Assembly: GCA_963850905.1 (NCBI GenBank)
Contig: CAWKMU010000003.1
Span: 1,568,001 to 1,632,000, forward strand
DNA length: 64,000 nucleotides
DNA from: an uncultured Gemmatimonadales bacterium
GTDB lineage: Bacteria; Gemmatimonadota; Gemmatimonadetes; Gemmatimonadales; Gemmatimonadaceae
Direction of reading: 5' to 3'
Positions 41,199 to 50,101 of this stretch are shown here, piece after piece. Position 1 is the first letter of the stretch; each line of letters begins with the position of its first letter. The notes beneath the pieces are model-generated. The model made no database searches. It was not told where the DNA came from and saw only the letters and a program-made list of their open reading frames with translations. Made by a program: the position numbers and the translations under genes.

Positions 41199-41214
41199 TG
41201 TGAGTCACATCACA
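41199..41214. promoter_or_regulatory. perfect CRP-type site TGTGA-N6-TCACA
   Basis: TGTGAGTCACATCACA in the divergent intergenic region ~130 bp upstream of the aminotransferase. Confidence 0.5.
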
Positions 41215-41341
41215 AGTGATGCGCCACCGATCGGATGCATGACATACGACCTGTTTGGTCGGCCCACCCGGGTCCGAGCCGAATGATTAGGTGCCCGACA
41301 GCGAACGCCTCAAATCCGGCAGGACGGACACGGACAACACC

Positions 41342-42646
41342 ATGACGACTACCATCAGACGGCCGACAGATCTTCTTGCGAAGCCGTTCGACGCCTCGAT
41401 CACGAAAGCCGATGGCGTGCCGACGGTTCGACACCCGCAACATTTCACACGCAAGGAACCGGTGCCGGCCCAGGGCATCGCCTCGGCGGTCTCGTGCATG
41501 CAGACGGGCGAGATGTTCCGCTACGGAGCGAAGAACCCCGAAACGTCACAGGTGCTTCAGCTGGAACGCGAGTTCGCCGCCCGCATGGGCACCAAGTACG
41601 CGCTGGGTGTCAACTCCTGCAGTAGCGCGATCCTGCTGTCGTTGCTCGCGAGCGGAGCCAAAGCGGGCGATACCATCCTCGTGCCAGGATTCACGTTCAC
41701 AGCGGTGCCGAGCGCGGTCGTCAATCTCGGGCTCAAGCCCTGCTTCGTCGAGGCGGACCGCAACTATCGCGTCGATCTCGATGACCTCGCGTTCAAGGCG
41801 CGCACCTCGAAGATCTTTCTCATCTCGCACATGCGCGGGCATCTGTCCGATATGGGGGCGGTTGCCGCAATCTGCGAAGCCAACGGATTGACTCTTATCG
41901 AGGATGCGGCGCACGCGCTGGGGTCGCGGTGGGGCGGGAAGCTCATCGGGACCTTTGGCGCGGTGGGCTGCTATAGCGCGCAGTCGTACAAGATCCTCAA
42001 TGCCGGCGAAGGCGGGCTGATCACGACCGACAGTGAGGAGATGATCGCGGAGCTGGTGTATCGCTCCGGAGCCTACGAGGAGCTGCATCAGCGACACGGG
42101 ATCGCCGCTCCGTCGTTCGAGCGATTTCGCGACCGCTTCCCGATCAACAATCTGCGCATGAGCGAAATCACCGGTGCGGTCATCCGGTCGCAGCTCGGCC
42201 AAATCGACGCGCGAGTCGCCCAGTACCGCCAGAACTACGACTACCTGGTGGCTCGACTGGCCGAATCGCCGGATATCGAACTACCAGAAGCGGACACTCG
42301 AGAAGAGCGGGTGCCGGATTCGATTCAGTTCAGACTCAAGCAGTTCGCGCCCGCACAGGTCGCAGAGTTGCTCCGGATCGTAAAGGGCGCCGGTCTGCCG
42401 CTCTCCGCCTTCGGTGTCGACAAGGGCAACGCGCGGTTCTACCGCAACTGGGGATACTGTGATGTGCCCAACCTCCCCCGCACGGAGGCTGCGATCCTGC
42501 ACAGCTGCGATGTGCGTCTGCCGTGCTCGCTCACGCGCGATGACCTGGACGATCTCGTGAACGTGGTACTCGCCGCTATCGAAGCGGTCCGCAGCGGCGC
42601 ACAGAACAGAACACCCGCCGCTCCAGCACTGGTGACCGACGCGTAG
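41342..42646 (+). CDS. DegT/DnrJ/EryC1/StrS family PLP-dependent aminotransferase
   Basis: VNSCSSA, PGFTFTAVP, IEDAAHALG, SAQSYKILNAGEGG, NLRMSEI. Confidence 0.9.
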   Translation: MTTTIRRPTDLLAKPFDASITKADGVPTVRHPQHFTRKEPVPAQGIASAVSCMQTGEMFRYGAKNPETSQVLQLEREFAARMGTKYALGVNSCSSAILLSLLASGAKAGDTILVPGFTFTAVPSAVVNLGLKPCFVEADRNYRVDLDDLAFKARTSKIFLISHMRGHLSDMGAVAAICEANGLTLIEDAAHALGSRWGGKLIGTFGAVGCYSAQSYKILNAGEGGLITTDSEEMIAELVYRSGAYEELHQRHGIAAPSFERFRDRFPINNLRMSEITGAVIRSQLGQIDARVAQYRQNYDYLVARLAESPDIELPEADTREERVPDSIQFRLKQFAPAQVAELLRIVKGAGLPLSAFGVDKGNARFYRNWGYCDVPNLPRTEAAILHSCDVRLPCSLTRDDLDDLVNVVLAAIEAVRSGAQNRTPAAPALVTDA

Positions 42647-42682
42647 TCCAGGTAGGTGCGTGGAGGCGCAGCAGTGCGGCGG

Positions 42683-44401
42683 TCACCGCGGACTTGGTGG
42701 GCTCCGCCTGGCGTAGGCGGTCCAATTTCCGAACGTAGCTTCCGGTTGGTAGGAGCGATCGAGGAGCGCCCGGAGCTCGGGGAGATCGGGCGCGGCGTCC
42801 GGGCCTGCCTCGAACGCCAGCGTACCGTTGGCGTAGTGGGCCACGATGTAGCGCGGCGGGTGCGTGGTGAGCAATGTCACGATCTCGTTTCGAATGGCCA
42901 CCTGAGCGGGCCGAGGCCAGTTGCCGCCGCATGTGGTAGACAGGCGCTGGTCTGGGCCGGATTGGCAAAACAGCCCGACAGGGTCTGTAAAGCGCGTGGC
43001 CGACCAGCGATCCGCGGCGACGAGGATCATCGTCTCCGCACCCCACAGCTGGATGGAGTCCGTGGGCTGCGTATGGTCCTTGAGATACCGCGCGAGCGCC
43101 GCCTGCTGGGGATCGTTGCCCACGAGCGCGACGAAGCTCGTGTCGTTCGCGGTCACTCGCACGGCGGCCGCCAGGCCGCGATACGGAGCGACGCCTGTCC
43201 GGCCGATCTCCAGTACCAGCGCAACGGCAACGACCGCCGCGGTCACGAGCACTGCCCGCCGGCCGGTGACGCGGAGTAACGCCGCCGCCCGCTCCCCAAG
43301 CCACACCCAGCCGACTCCACCGAGCAATGCGAGACATGCGAACGGCGGCCAATACTGGTAGGGCCAACCCTTGGATTCCCACAACCTCACGAGAATGAGG
43401 CAGGCCAGCAACCCGGCCAATGAGCGCATCTCCACTCGTCGGGTACGCCACGCGGGGCTGAACGCGGAAGCGATCACGCCAACCCAGATCGCCTTTCGTG
43501 CAAGCGTCACGAACCGCAGGAGAACCGTGGTCCGCGACATCCGCTCGAGCGAAGGGTATACCGTCGCGAGAAACGTGAGCATCTCGCCGAAGACGCGTGC
43601 ATGTCCGCTGACGGTGTAGACGAGTACCACGAGGAGGAGTGGGAGCGCTGCCATGCCGGCGAACACAGCCGCCGCTCGGACCGCGCGCGTGCGCTCTTTA
43701 CGCGGTGTCGTGGGCGATGGTCCGCGTTCCAGCAGCAACGCGACTGCACCCGCTACCCCAAGGACCGCGTAGGTTGGGCGGATCGTGCATGCCAGCCCGA
43801 GGCTCAGGCCGGACAACCACACGAGGCCGCGCCGAGCCGGATTGGCCCAATACGCCCACAATGCAACGAGCGCCAGCAAGATCAGCGGCACCATGAACCC
43901 ATCGCGCTGTCCCGTGTGATAGAAGCCGCCCCTGACGTAGAGGGCTGCATAGCCGCAGGCGGCGTAGACACCCGCCAGGGGCCCGGCGAGGCGCCGACCG
44001 GCGGCGTACAACAGGCCGCCCGTCGCGACCTGGATCAGTACGTCCTCGATGCGGAATGCCAATACGTTGTTCCCGGCAATGGCAATGCTGATGGCGGTGA
44101 GGAGGGGACCTCCCGGGAAGGCCGTATCGAACGTGTCAGCGTAGGGCCAATGGCCGCGCAAGATCGTACGGGCCATGTAGTAGACGATGCCGTGGTCGTA
44201 GCCAAGTCCGTACCCCAGCGTCGGCGCCACGAGCACCGCCGTGCCGACTAGCGCGAGCACCAGCCACCACGTCGACGGCCGCTCCGTGTGGTCGCCTGTC
44301 GTGCACGACGGTACAGGAAGATCGTACCGGGCATGGAGCGGCTCCGCACGGGGCAGTGACCCGAGCATGCCAGATGTACCCACCGACTCCCGGTCGCGCA
44401 T
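42683..44401 (-). CDS. GT-C-like polytopic membrane protein (probable glycosyltransferase)
   Basis: GYDHGIVYY..LRGHWPYADTFD..PG, QRDGF, many TM helices, periplasmic C-terminal domain; start uncertain. Confidence 0.7.
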   Translation of the reverse strand: MRDRESVGTSGMLGSLPRAEPLHARYDLPVPSCTTGDHTERPSTWWLVLALVGTAVLVAPTLGYGLGYDHGIVYYMARTILRGHWPYADTFDTAFPGGPLLTAISIAIAGNNVLAFRIEDVLIQVATGGLLYAAGRRLAGPLAGVYAACGYAALYVRGGFYHTGQRDGFMVPLILLALVALWAYWANPARRGLVWLSGLSLGLACTIRPTYAVLGVAGAVALLLERGPSPTTPRKERTRAVRAAAVFAGMAALPLLLVVLVYTVSGHARVFGEMLTFLATVYPSLERMSRTTVLLRFVTLARKAIWVGVIASAFSPAWRTRRVEMRSLAGLLACLILVRLWESKGWPYQYWPPFACLALLGGVGWVWLGERAAALLRVTGRRAVLVTAAVVAVALVLEIGRTGVAPYRGLAAAVRVTANDTSFVALVGNDPQQAALARYLKDHTQPTDSIQLWGAETMILVAADRWSATRFTDPVGLFCQSGPDQRLSTTCGGNWPRPAQVAIRNEIVTLLTTHPPRYIVAHYANGTLAFEAGPDAAPDLPELRALLDRSYQPEATFGNWTAYARRSPPSPR

Positions 44402-44446
44402 GAGCCCTTCGCACCGCACATGTCGTGCGCGGGCGGCGGGCTGCGG

Positions 44447-44770
44447 TCATCCGTGCCAGCCGAATACACTCGCGATGATGGCCATCGTCGTCGCGAACAC
44501 CACGAGTGCGAGCACACGGATGGCCCACACGCACGCAACGATCTCCTGGTCGCCGGTGTTCGTCGGGTCCGTCGACCAGATGAAGGCAGTGAGGCGCCAA
44601 TTCCCGAACGTGGTGACGAGCAGCTGCCAGAGTTGTGGCTTTCCCAGCTCGGACCAGAGCCCCGCATGTTGGTCACGAAGACGGCGTATCAGGACCAATG
44701 CGACGTACTTCGAGAGGCAATAGCCCACGAAGACGACCGTAACCGCTGCATCGAACACATTGCTGCTCAT
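44447..44770 (-). CDS. small two-TM membrane protein (UspB-like architecture)
   Basis: TM - LRDQHAGLWSELGKP - WRLTAFIW..D.EI - TM pattern. Confidence 0.55.
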   Translation of the reverse strand: MSSNVFDAAVTVVFVGYCLSKYVALVLIRRLRDQHAGLWSELGKPQLWQLLVTTFGNWRLTAFIWSTDPTNTGDQEIVACVWAIRVLALVVFATTMAIIASVFGWHG

Positions 44771-44990
44771 GACAGCCTCACGTGCAACCGAGCTGAAGTA
44801 ATCCGCGGGGCGGGGCATCATCGAGACTCGGTCCACGGCCTGTCCGCAACCGCCTGCGCTGCCCGAGCGACGGCACGACTATAGCAGAGATCGCAGATCC
44901 AATTGCTCGCGCACATGCTCGAAACTGAGACCCGGAACCCCGGAACCACCTGCTATGGCCGGTTCCCCTTCCACCGGAGGCCGTCGATCC

Positions 44991-45662
44991 ATGCAACTCA
45001 CTAACAACATCCGAGACGGGGTCTCCGTCGTGCCGTTGCTCGCGCATATGAGCCGACTGGGCAACGCTCCGCGGGCCGACGCCCTGGTGGACTTCGCGCT
45101 GGACCACAAGGTGATCCGGCCGCTGCAGCATCGCAGTGAGCTCCTGGAGCTCGCCCGCATCGTGTCGGCCGCCCAGCCCCGCGCGATGCTCGAGATCGGG
45201 ACCTTTCGTGGGGGCACCTTGTTCATCTTCGCCCGGCTCGCCGCATCGGACGCGATCATCATCAGCCTGGACCTGCCGGCGTCGGCGATGGGGCTTCTAT
45301 ACCGGGCTGCACAGGTCCCGCTGTTCCACCAATTCACGCACGGCAGCCAGTCGCTCCACCTGCTGCGCAAGAACTCGCACGACCTGGCCACGCAGCTCGA
45401 GGTGTCTCGCATCTTGCAGGACCGGCGACTCGACTTCCTTTTCATCGACGGGGATCACGCGTACGACAGCGTGAAGACCGACTTCGAGCGCTATGCGCCC
45501 TTCATGCGCACCGGCGGCGTCGTGGCATTCCACGACGTTGCGATGGGTCACCCGAGTGGCGTCTCGCGCTTCTGGGCCGAGCTCCGCGGCCGATATCGCC
45601 ACGTCGAGATCGTGCACGACCGCGGCCCCAAGGCGATGGGCATCGGCGTGGTGTGGATGTGA
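44991..45662 (+). CDS. class I SAM-dependent methyltransferase (Methyltransf_24/CmcI-like)
   Basis: LEIGTFRGGT, DFLFIDGDHAY, GGVVAFHD. Confidence 0.88.
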   Translation: MQLTNNIRDGVSVVPLLAHMSRLGNAPRADALVDFALDHKVIRPLQHRSELLELARIVSAAQPRAMLEIGTFRGGTLFIFARLAASDAIIISLDLPASAMGLLYRAAQVPLFHQFTHGSQSLHLLRKNSHDLATQLEVSRILQDRRLDFLFIDGDHAYDSVKTDFERYAPFMRTGGVVAFHDVAMGHPSGVSRFWAELRGRYRHVEIVHDRGPKAMGIGVVWM

Positions 45663-45667
45663 GCGGC

Positions 45668-45773
45668 TAGACGTTGGACGTTGGATGTTGGAAAAAACCT
45701 CGGGGCCGGCGGCCGTGAACTTCGCTGGCCCCGAGGTTTGTCTCCAGCGTCCAACGTCTAACGTCTAGCGTCT
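45668..45773. repeat. inverted heptamer arrays (TRGACGY / YARCGTC) bracketing a 13-bp-stem hairpin, possible terminator
   Basis: AAACCTCGGGGCC (45695-45707) / GGCCCCGAGGTTT (45727-45739). Confidence 0.8.
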
Positions 45774-45894
45774 GCCGCACTACATTGTTCCGCCGTATGC
45801 AGCGAGCAAGGCTCGTCCTCGATGCGGTGATGCTCGACGGGTGGGCTCGCGCGCTGCCCAGTGGGGCCGGACATCTCTTCGGGAGCATGTCGCC

Positions 45895-47637
45895 ATGTAC
45901 AACTTTCTTCGTCGGGTGGGCACGGTTGTGACTCTCGCGGCGAGCGCTGGGGTTGGTCGCGCATCGGCCCAGGTCCAGCGCGATACGACGCGCGCCGAGC
46001 GGCCGGTGGTCGGTCGCTCCGTGGTCGCCACGCGGTATGGCATCGTTGCATCGAGTCAACCGCTGGCTTCGATGGCGGGCGTGCAGATGCTCGAGCGCGG
46101 CGGGTCAGCAGCCGATGCGGCGATCGCTGCCAACGCGACGCTCGGACTCGTCGAGCCGATGATGAACGGGATGGGCGGCGATCTCTTCGCCATCATCTAC
46201 GATCCCAAGACGGGCCGCCTGGTGGGCCTCAACTCGTCGGGGTGGTCGCCCGCCGGCATGACGGCGGAGCTTGTGGCGGCACACGGAAATGGCGAGATGC
46301 CGCACAAGGGGATTCTCACCGTGACAGTTCCGGGCGCGGTGGCTGGCTGGGATGCGCTGCATCGACGTTTCGGGCGCCTCCCACTGTCGACGATTCTCGC
46401 GCCTGCCATCCGGTACGCCACAGAGGGATTTCCGGTCAGCGAGATCGATGCGCGCATGTGGGCGCAGGCGACCGCCGAGCTCGCTGCGGATCCTGGCGCT
46501 CGCGCGACGTATCTGCCCGACGCGCACGCCCCTGCGGCCGGTGCGCTGTTCCGGAACCCCGCTCTCGCCACATCGCTCACGCGCGTCAGCTCGCATGGCC
46601 GCGATGGGTTCTACCGCGGTCCCACCGCGGACGCGATTGTCGCCTTCGCGCAGTCGAAAGGCAATCCGATGACTGCCGCGGATCTGCTCGAGTTCCAGCC
46701 GGAATGGGTGACGCCGATCCAGACGACCTACCGTGGCTGGACGGTGAGCGAGCTCCCCCCCAACACACAGGGCATCGCGGCGCTCATGATGCTGGGCATC
46801 ATGCAGCAGTTCCCCATGTCGCAGTACGGATTCCACAGCGCAGCGGCGCTGCACGTGATGATCGAGGCGAAGAAGCTCGCCTACGCCGACATGCTCCAAT
46901 ATGTCGGCGATCCACGGTTTGGAACGGTGCCGGTGTCGGAAATGCTGAGCCCAGCGCACGCTGTGGCGCGCGCCCAGCTGATCGACCCCGCCCATGCGCG
47001 ATGTGCCGTCGAGCCGACGCAGTTTGCGTCAGTGGCAGGCAAAGCGGGAAGCGAGACGATTTATCTGTCGGTGATCGACCGCAACGGGATGATCGTGTCG
47101 TTCATCCAGAGCAACTACTCCAGCTTTGGATCGGGGCTCGTCGCGCCCGGCACCGGCTTCGCACTTCAGAATCGGGGCGCGCTCTTCACGCTCCTGCCTG
47201 GCCGGCCCAATACGCTCGCCCCGCGCAAGCGGCCGTTGCACACGCTGATTCCCGGGTTCATGCAAAAGGGAGACGAGCGCATCGGATTCGGCATCATGGG
47301 CGGCTGGAACCAGGCCCAGGCCCACGCGCAGTTCGTCTCCGACATTGCGGATTTCGGGCTGACGATTCAGGAGGCGCTGGAAGCGGGCCGCTTCACGAAG
47401 CAGACGTTCGCCGGGTGCGATGTCGAGATCGAGGCTCTAGTGCCAGCGGGGACCCGTTCGGCGCTGCAGGCGCTCGGTCACCAAGTCACTGTCGTTGCCC
47501 CGAGGAGCAGCAGTGATTTCGGCTTCGGTCAAGCGGTCATGAGCAACGGCGAAGGCGTGCATTTCGGCGCCTCGGATCCGCGACATGACGGAGCCGCGAT
47601 TCCGGAAGGCCCACCAATGGGCGCGTCGCGCCCATAG
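45895..47637 (+). CDS. ggt: gamma-glutamyltransferase (exported)
   Basis: Signal peptide, GGSAADAAIA, GMGGDLF, nucleophile Thr in SETIYLSVID, FGSG, RPLHT, MGG, GASDPRHDG. Confidence 0.95.
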   Translation: MYNFLRRVGTVVTLAASAGVGRASAQVQRDTTRAERPVVGRSVVATRYGIVASSQPLASMAGVQMLERGGSAADAAIAANATLGLVEPMMNGMGGDLFAIIYDPKTGRLVGLNSSGWSPAGMTAELVAAHGNGEMPHKGILTVTVPGAVAGWDALHRRFGRLPLSTILAPAIRYATEGFPVSEIDARMWAQATAELAADPGARATYLPDAHAPAAGALFRNPALATSLTRVSSHGRDGFYRGPTADAIVAFAQSKGNPMTAADLLEFQPEWVTPIQTTYRGWTVSELPPNTQGIAALMMLGIMQQFPMSQYGFHSAAALHVMIEAKKLAYADMLQYVGDPRFGTVPVSEMLSPAHAVARAQLIDPAHARCAVEPTQFASVAGKAGSETIYLSVIDRNGMIVSFIQSNYSSFGSGLVAPGTGFALQNRGALFTLLPGRPNTLAPRKRPLHTLIPGFMQKGDERIGFGIMGGWNQAQAHAQFVSDIADFGLTIQEALEAGRFTKQTFAGCDVEIEALVPAGTRSALQALGHQVTVVAPRSSSDFGFGQAVMSNGEGVHFGASDPRHDGAAIPEGPPMGASRP

Positions 47638-47670
47638 AAAGGAGAGAGGAGAAGGGAGAGAGGAGACAGG
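47636..47670 (+). repeat. purine heptamer array (AGARAGG)x5
   Basis: AGAAAGG AGAGAGG AGAAGGG AGAGAGG AGACAGG; related arrays at 36848-36868 and 19063-19090. Confidence 0.8.
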
Positions 47671-47681
47671 GGCGGTACGTG

Positions 47682-48794
47682 TCAGTGCGGGGCGCTCAAC
47701 GCGGTCATGGCCCTCGCCATCAGGGCGACCGTCGCCTTGCTGTCGCCGAACGCGGAGGCCTTCAACATGTAGGGGCCTTTCACGGCCTCCCAGCCCATGC
47801 TCGGTGAGGAACCGATTTCCTCCCATGGACCGGCGGGGCCCTGGGACGTGTCGGGCGGCGCCTGCCCTTGATTGCCAAGCGGCGTCTGCTTCCGTAGCGC
47901 ATGTGTGGCACCCGCAATGACGTACTGATCACTGGCAAACTCGACGGCGCCGTCGCGCCATTCCCACACGTCCACATCGTAGGTGCGCGGCATGTTGGGC
48001 ATGCCGGGGTTCGCCGTCTTGTAGGTGCAGTCCCGGAGGCCGTTGCCGCCTGGCTGTGGTCCCGGCTGTGGGGGACCCAGGAGCGGGACGCCGAGGATCG
48101 ACTCGGCGGCTGCCTGGGGCAGCAGGACGCACATGTTGACCGTGCTATCCTTCGCGTCCTTTGCGAAGTTTTGCAGCGCCAACTGGATCCCGGCTTCACC
48201 GTCGATCGAGAGTGGGTGATCCAGTCGCTTGATCGCCGAGTTGAGCAAGGTGCCGGCGGCAGCCGGCGTCAGCTTCGTGCCGGTATAGTCCAACTCCACG
48301 TGCTGATCCCCACGTAGCGCGTGCAGATCGCAGCACTGCATGGGCCCCTGGGCGATCTCGTCCCAATCCCCGACCAGCGTGTCCCCACCCGAGAGCACCG
48401 TCTGGCCCTTCTTCATCTCGCCGTTCTTCGAGATGCCATCCGTGAGCCCTCGGCCGAAATGGATCATTTTCATGGCCATCGGGCCACCGCTCCAATCCAC
48501 ACTCACCAGCAACCGCCGGTGGTCCTGGGTGTCGTACCGGCATGATTGGCTTCCCGGGTCGGGCTTGTTGGTGCCGTGGTACGGTGGCGAGGCAAGCGGG
48601 CCAATTGCGGCGGCGACCTCCGTCGTGTCGAGCAGGCCGCACGGATCGCCCGTCGTCGCCCCGCCTGCGCCATTCCCCCCTTTGTTTTCCTTCGCCATCT
48701 CCTTCAGCTGCTTCATGAAGGGACTCTCTTTCTTTTCGCATGCAGCGAGGACGGCGAGGAGCGCCAGCGCAGCGAGCATCGATCGAATCGGCAT
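47682..48794 (-). CDS. lipoprotein with two Cys-paired repeats (DUF3558-like)
   Basis: Lipobox LAAC; repeats DPCGLL..SCRY and NMCVLL..DCTY. Confidence 0.7.
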   Translation of the reverse strand: MPIRSMLAALALLAVLAACEKKESPFMKQLKEMAKENKGGNGAGGATTGDPCGLLDTTEVAAAIGPLASPPYHGTNKPDPGSQSCRYDTQDHRRLLVSVDWSGGPMAMKMIHFGRGLTDGISKNGEMKKGQTVLSGGDTLVGDWDEIAQGPMQCCDLHALRGDQHVELDYTGTKLTPAAAGTLLNSAIKRLDHPLSIDGEAGIQLALQNFAKDAKDSTVNMCVLLPQAAAESILGVPLLGPPQPGPQPGGNGLRDCTYKTANPGMPNMPRTYDVDVWEWRDGAVEFASDQYVIAGATHALRKQTPLGNQGQAPPDTSQGPAGPWEEIGSSPSMGWEAVKGPYMLKASAFGDSKATVALMARAMTALSAPH

Positions 48795-48811
48795 GGGATG
48801 CGTCTCCGGAG

Positions 48812-49930
48812 TCAGCATTTGCGCGCGAGCTCGACGCGACGATTTCGCGCTCGACCCTCGATCGTCGCGTTGGTCGTCACGGGTTGTGTGTCGCCAAAAC
48901 CCACAGACAGGAGTCGCGCAGCGCTCACGTTGAAGCGCGTGACGAGTGCGTCGCGCACGGCGGCGGCGCGTCGATTCGAGAGGTCGAGGTTGGACGCCTT
49001 GGTGCCGATGCTGTCGGTGTGGCCCTCGATCGTCACGACCCACGTCGGGTTGTCCGTCATCAGGGTCGCAATCTGATGAAGCGCTGGATCAGACGCCGGT
49101 ACCAGCGTCGCGCTGGCGAACGCGAAGTAGATCCCATGCACCTCGGCTCGACCGCAGCTATTCCCCTTCCCGGCAAGGGCGCCGTTCATCGCAGCGACTC
49201 GTGCTTTCATGCTTCCGCTGTCTGCGACACCAGTCCGGGGCAGCTGGATCTCCGTCAGCTGATAGGCCCGGCCCTGCGACGCCCACTTGAGGGTCAATGG
49301 CCACGCCGGATTATCGAACGTGACGACGTCCACATCATCGGTCTGGCCGGCGACCGCGAAGTGACCGCGCGATTCGATCGCCGGGAGCGGGGTCGGCGTG
49401 TCGTTGATGATCACGGAAACGGTGGTTGTACCGACGCGAGTCAGATCCCCCCGGTAGTACTGCCGGACGCCGCCGAGCATCGTCATGAACCCCTGGAACG
49501 CGCCGGGCGCGGCGTCCCCAATGACCGTCAATGTCTTCCCGGCGCTCTTGAGTTCTGCCAGCATGGCCTTGGACAGAAAGATGGTCGAGCCGGGAAAGAC
49601 GGCGGGGTCGTCGGACGCAAAGATGATGTTCAGGCGGTGGGCCATCGAATCGTCGGCCAGGCGCACCGTGCGCCCCAACGTGAACTGCTTTTGCTTCGAG
49701 GTATCAGGAGCGGTGTTGTTGTTGGCGCTGATCGCGAAGTAGTACGACGCCGGCGTGACCGCACCGATACTGTACACGTTCTCGAAATCACCCCGCTCCT
49801 CGTGGGTCACCGACACCATCACGAGTCCTTCGGCCGGCCGGATGGCGGGCACCTGCGCGCCTCCGGCCGTGACGAGCGTCGAGGCGGCAATGACTGCGAT
49901 CGACCAGCAGTCGAGGCGAAGCACGGCCAC
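48812..49930 (-). CDS. secreted protein with a C-terminal OmpA/Pal-like peptidoglycan-binding domain
   Basis: GIYFAFASA, IEGHTDSIG, NLDLSNRRAAAV, GRARNRRVE; GGAGG RBS before GTG 49930. Confidence 0.9.
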   Translation of the reverse strand: MAVLRLDCWSIAVIAASTLVTAGGAQVPAIRPAEGLVMVSVTHEERGDFENVYSIGAVTPASYYFAISANNNTAPDTSKQKQFTLGRTVRLADDSMAHRLNIIFASDDPAVFPGSTIFLSKAMLAELKSAGKTLTVIGDAAPGAFQGFMTMLGGVRQYYRGDLTRVGTTTVSVIINDTPTPLPAIESRGHFAVAGQTDDVDVVTFDNPAWPLTLKWASQGRAYQLTEIQLPRTGVADSGSMKARVAAMNGALAGKGNSCGRAEVHGIYFAFASATLVPASDPALHQIATLMTDNPTWVVTIEGHTDSIGTKASNLDLSNRRAAAVRDALVTRFNVSAARLLSVGFGDTQPVTTNATIEGRARNRRVELARKC

Positions 49931-50009
49931 AGCATAGTGCCTCCCTGCCGAACGCGCTAGAGAACAACTTGACTGAACGCGACGGTTGCATGTTGGGCCG
50001 CCTACTCGC

Positions 50010-50038
50010 TTGTCGCGCCGGGACCGGGTCACTATGAT
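50010..50038 (+). promoter_or_regulatory. candidate sigma70 promoter
   Basis: TTGTCG-N17-TATGAT upstream of the lipoprotein gene. Confidence 0.4.
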
Positions 50039-50101
50039 AGCAGCGCCGATCGCTTGCGGCGTGCTCTCGGAGTACTCCTGTTCACCGTCGGGAGGATGGC
50101 G

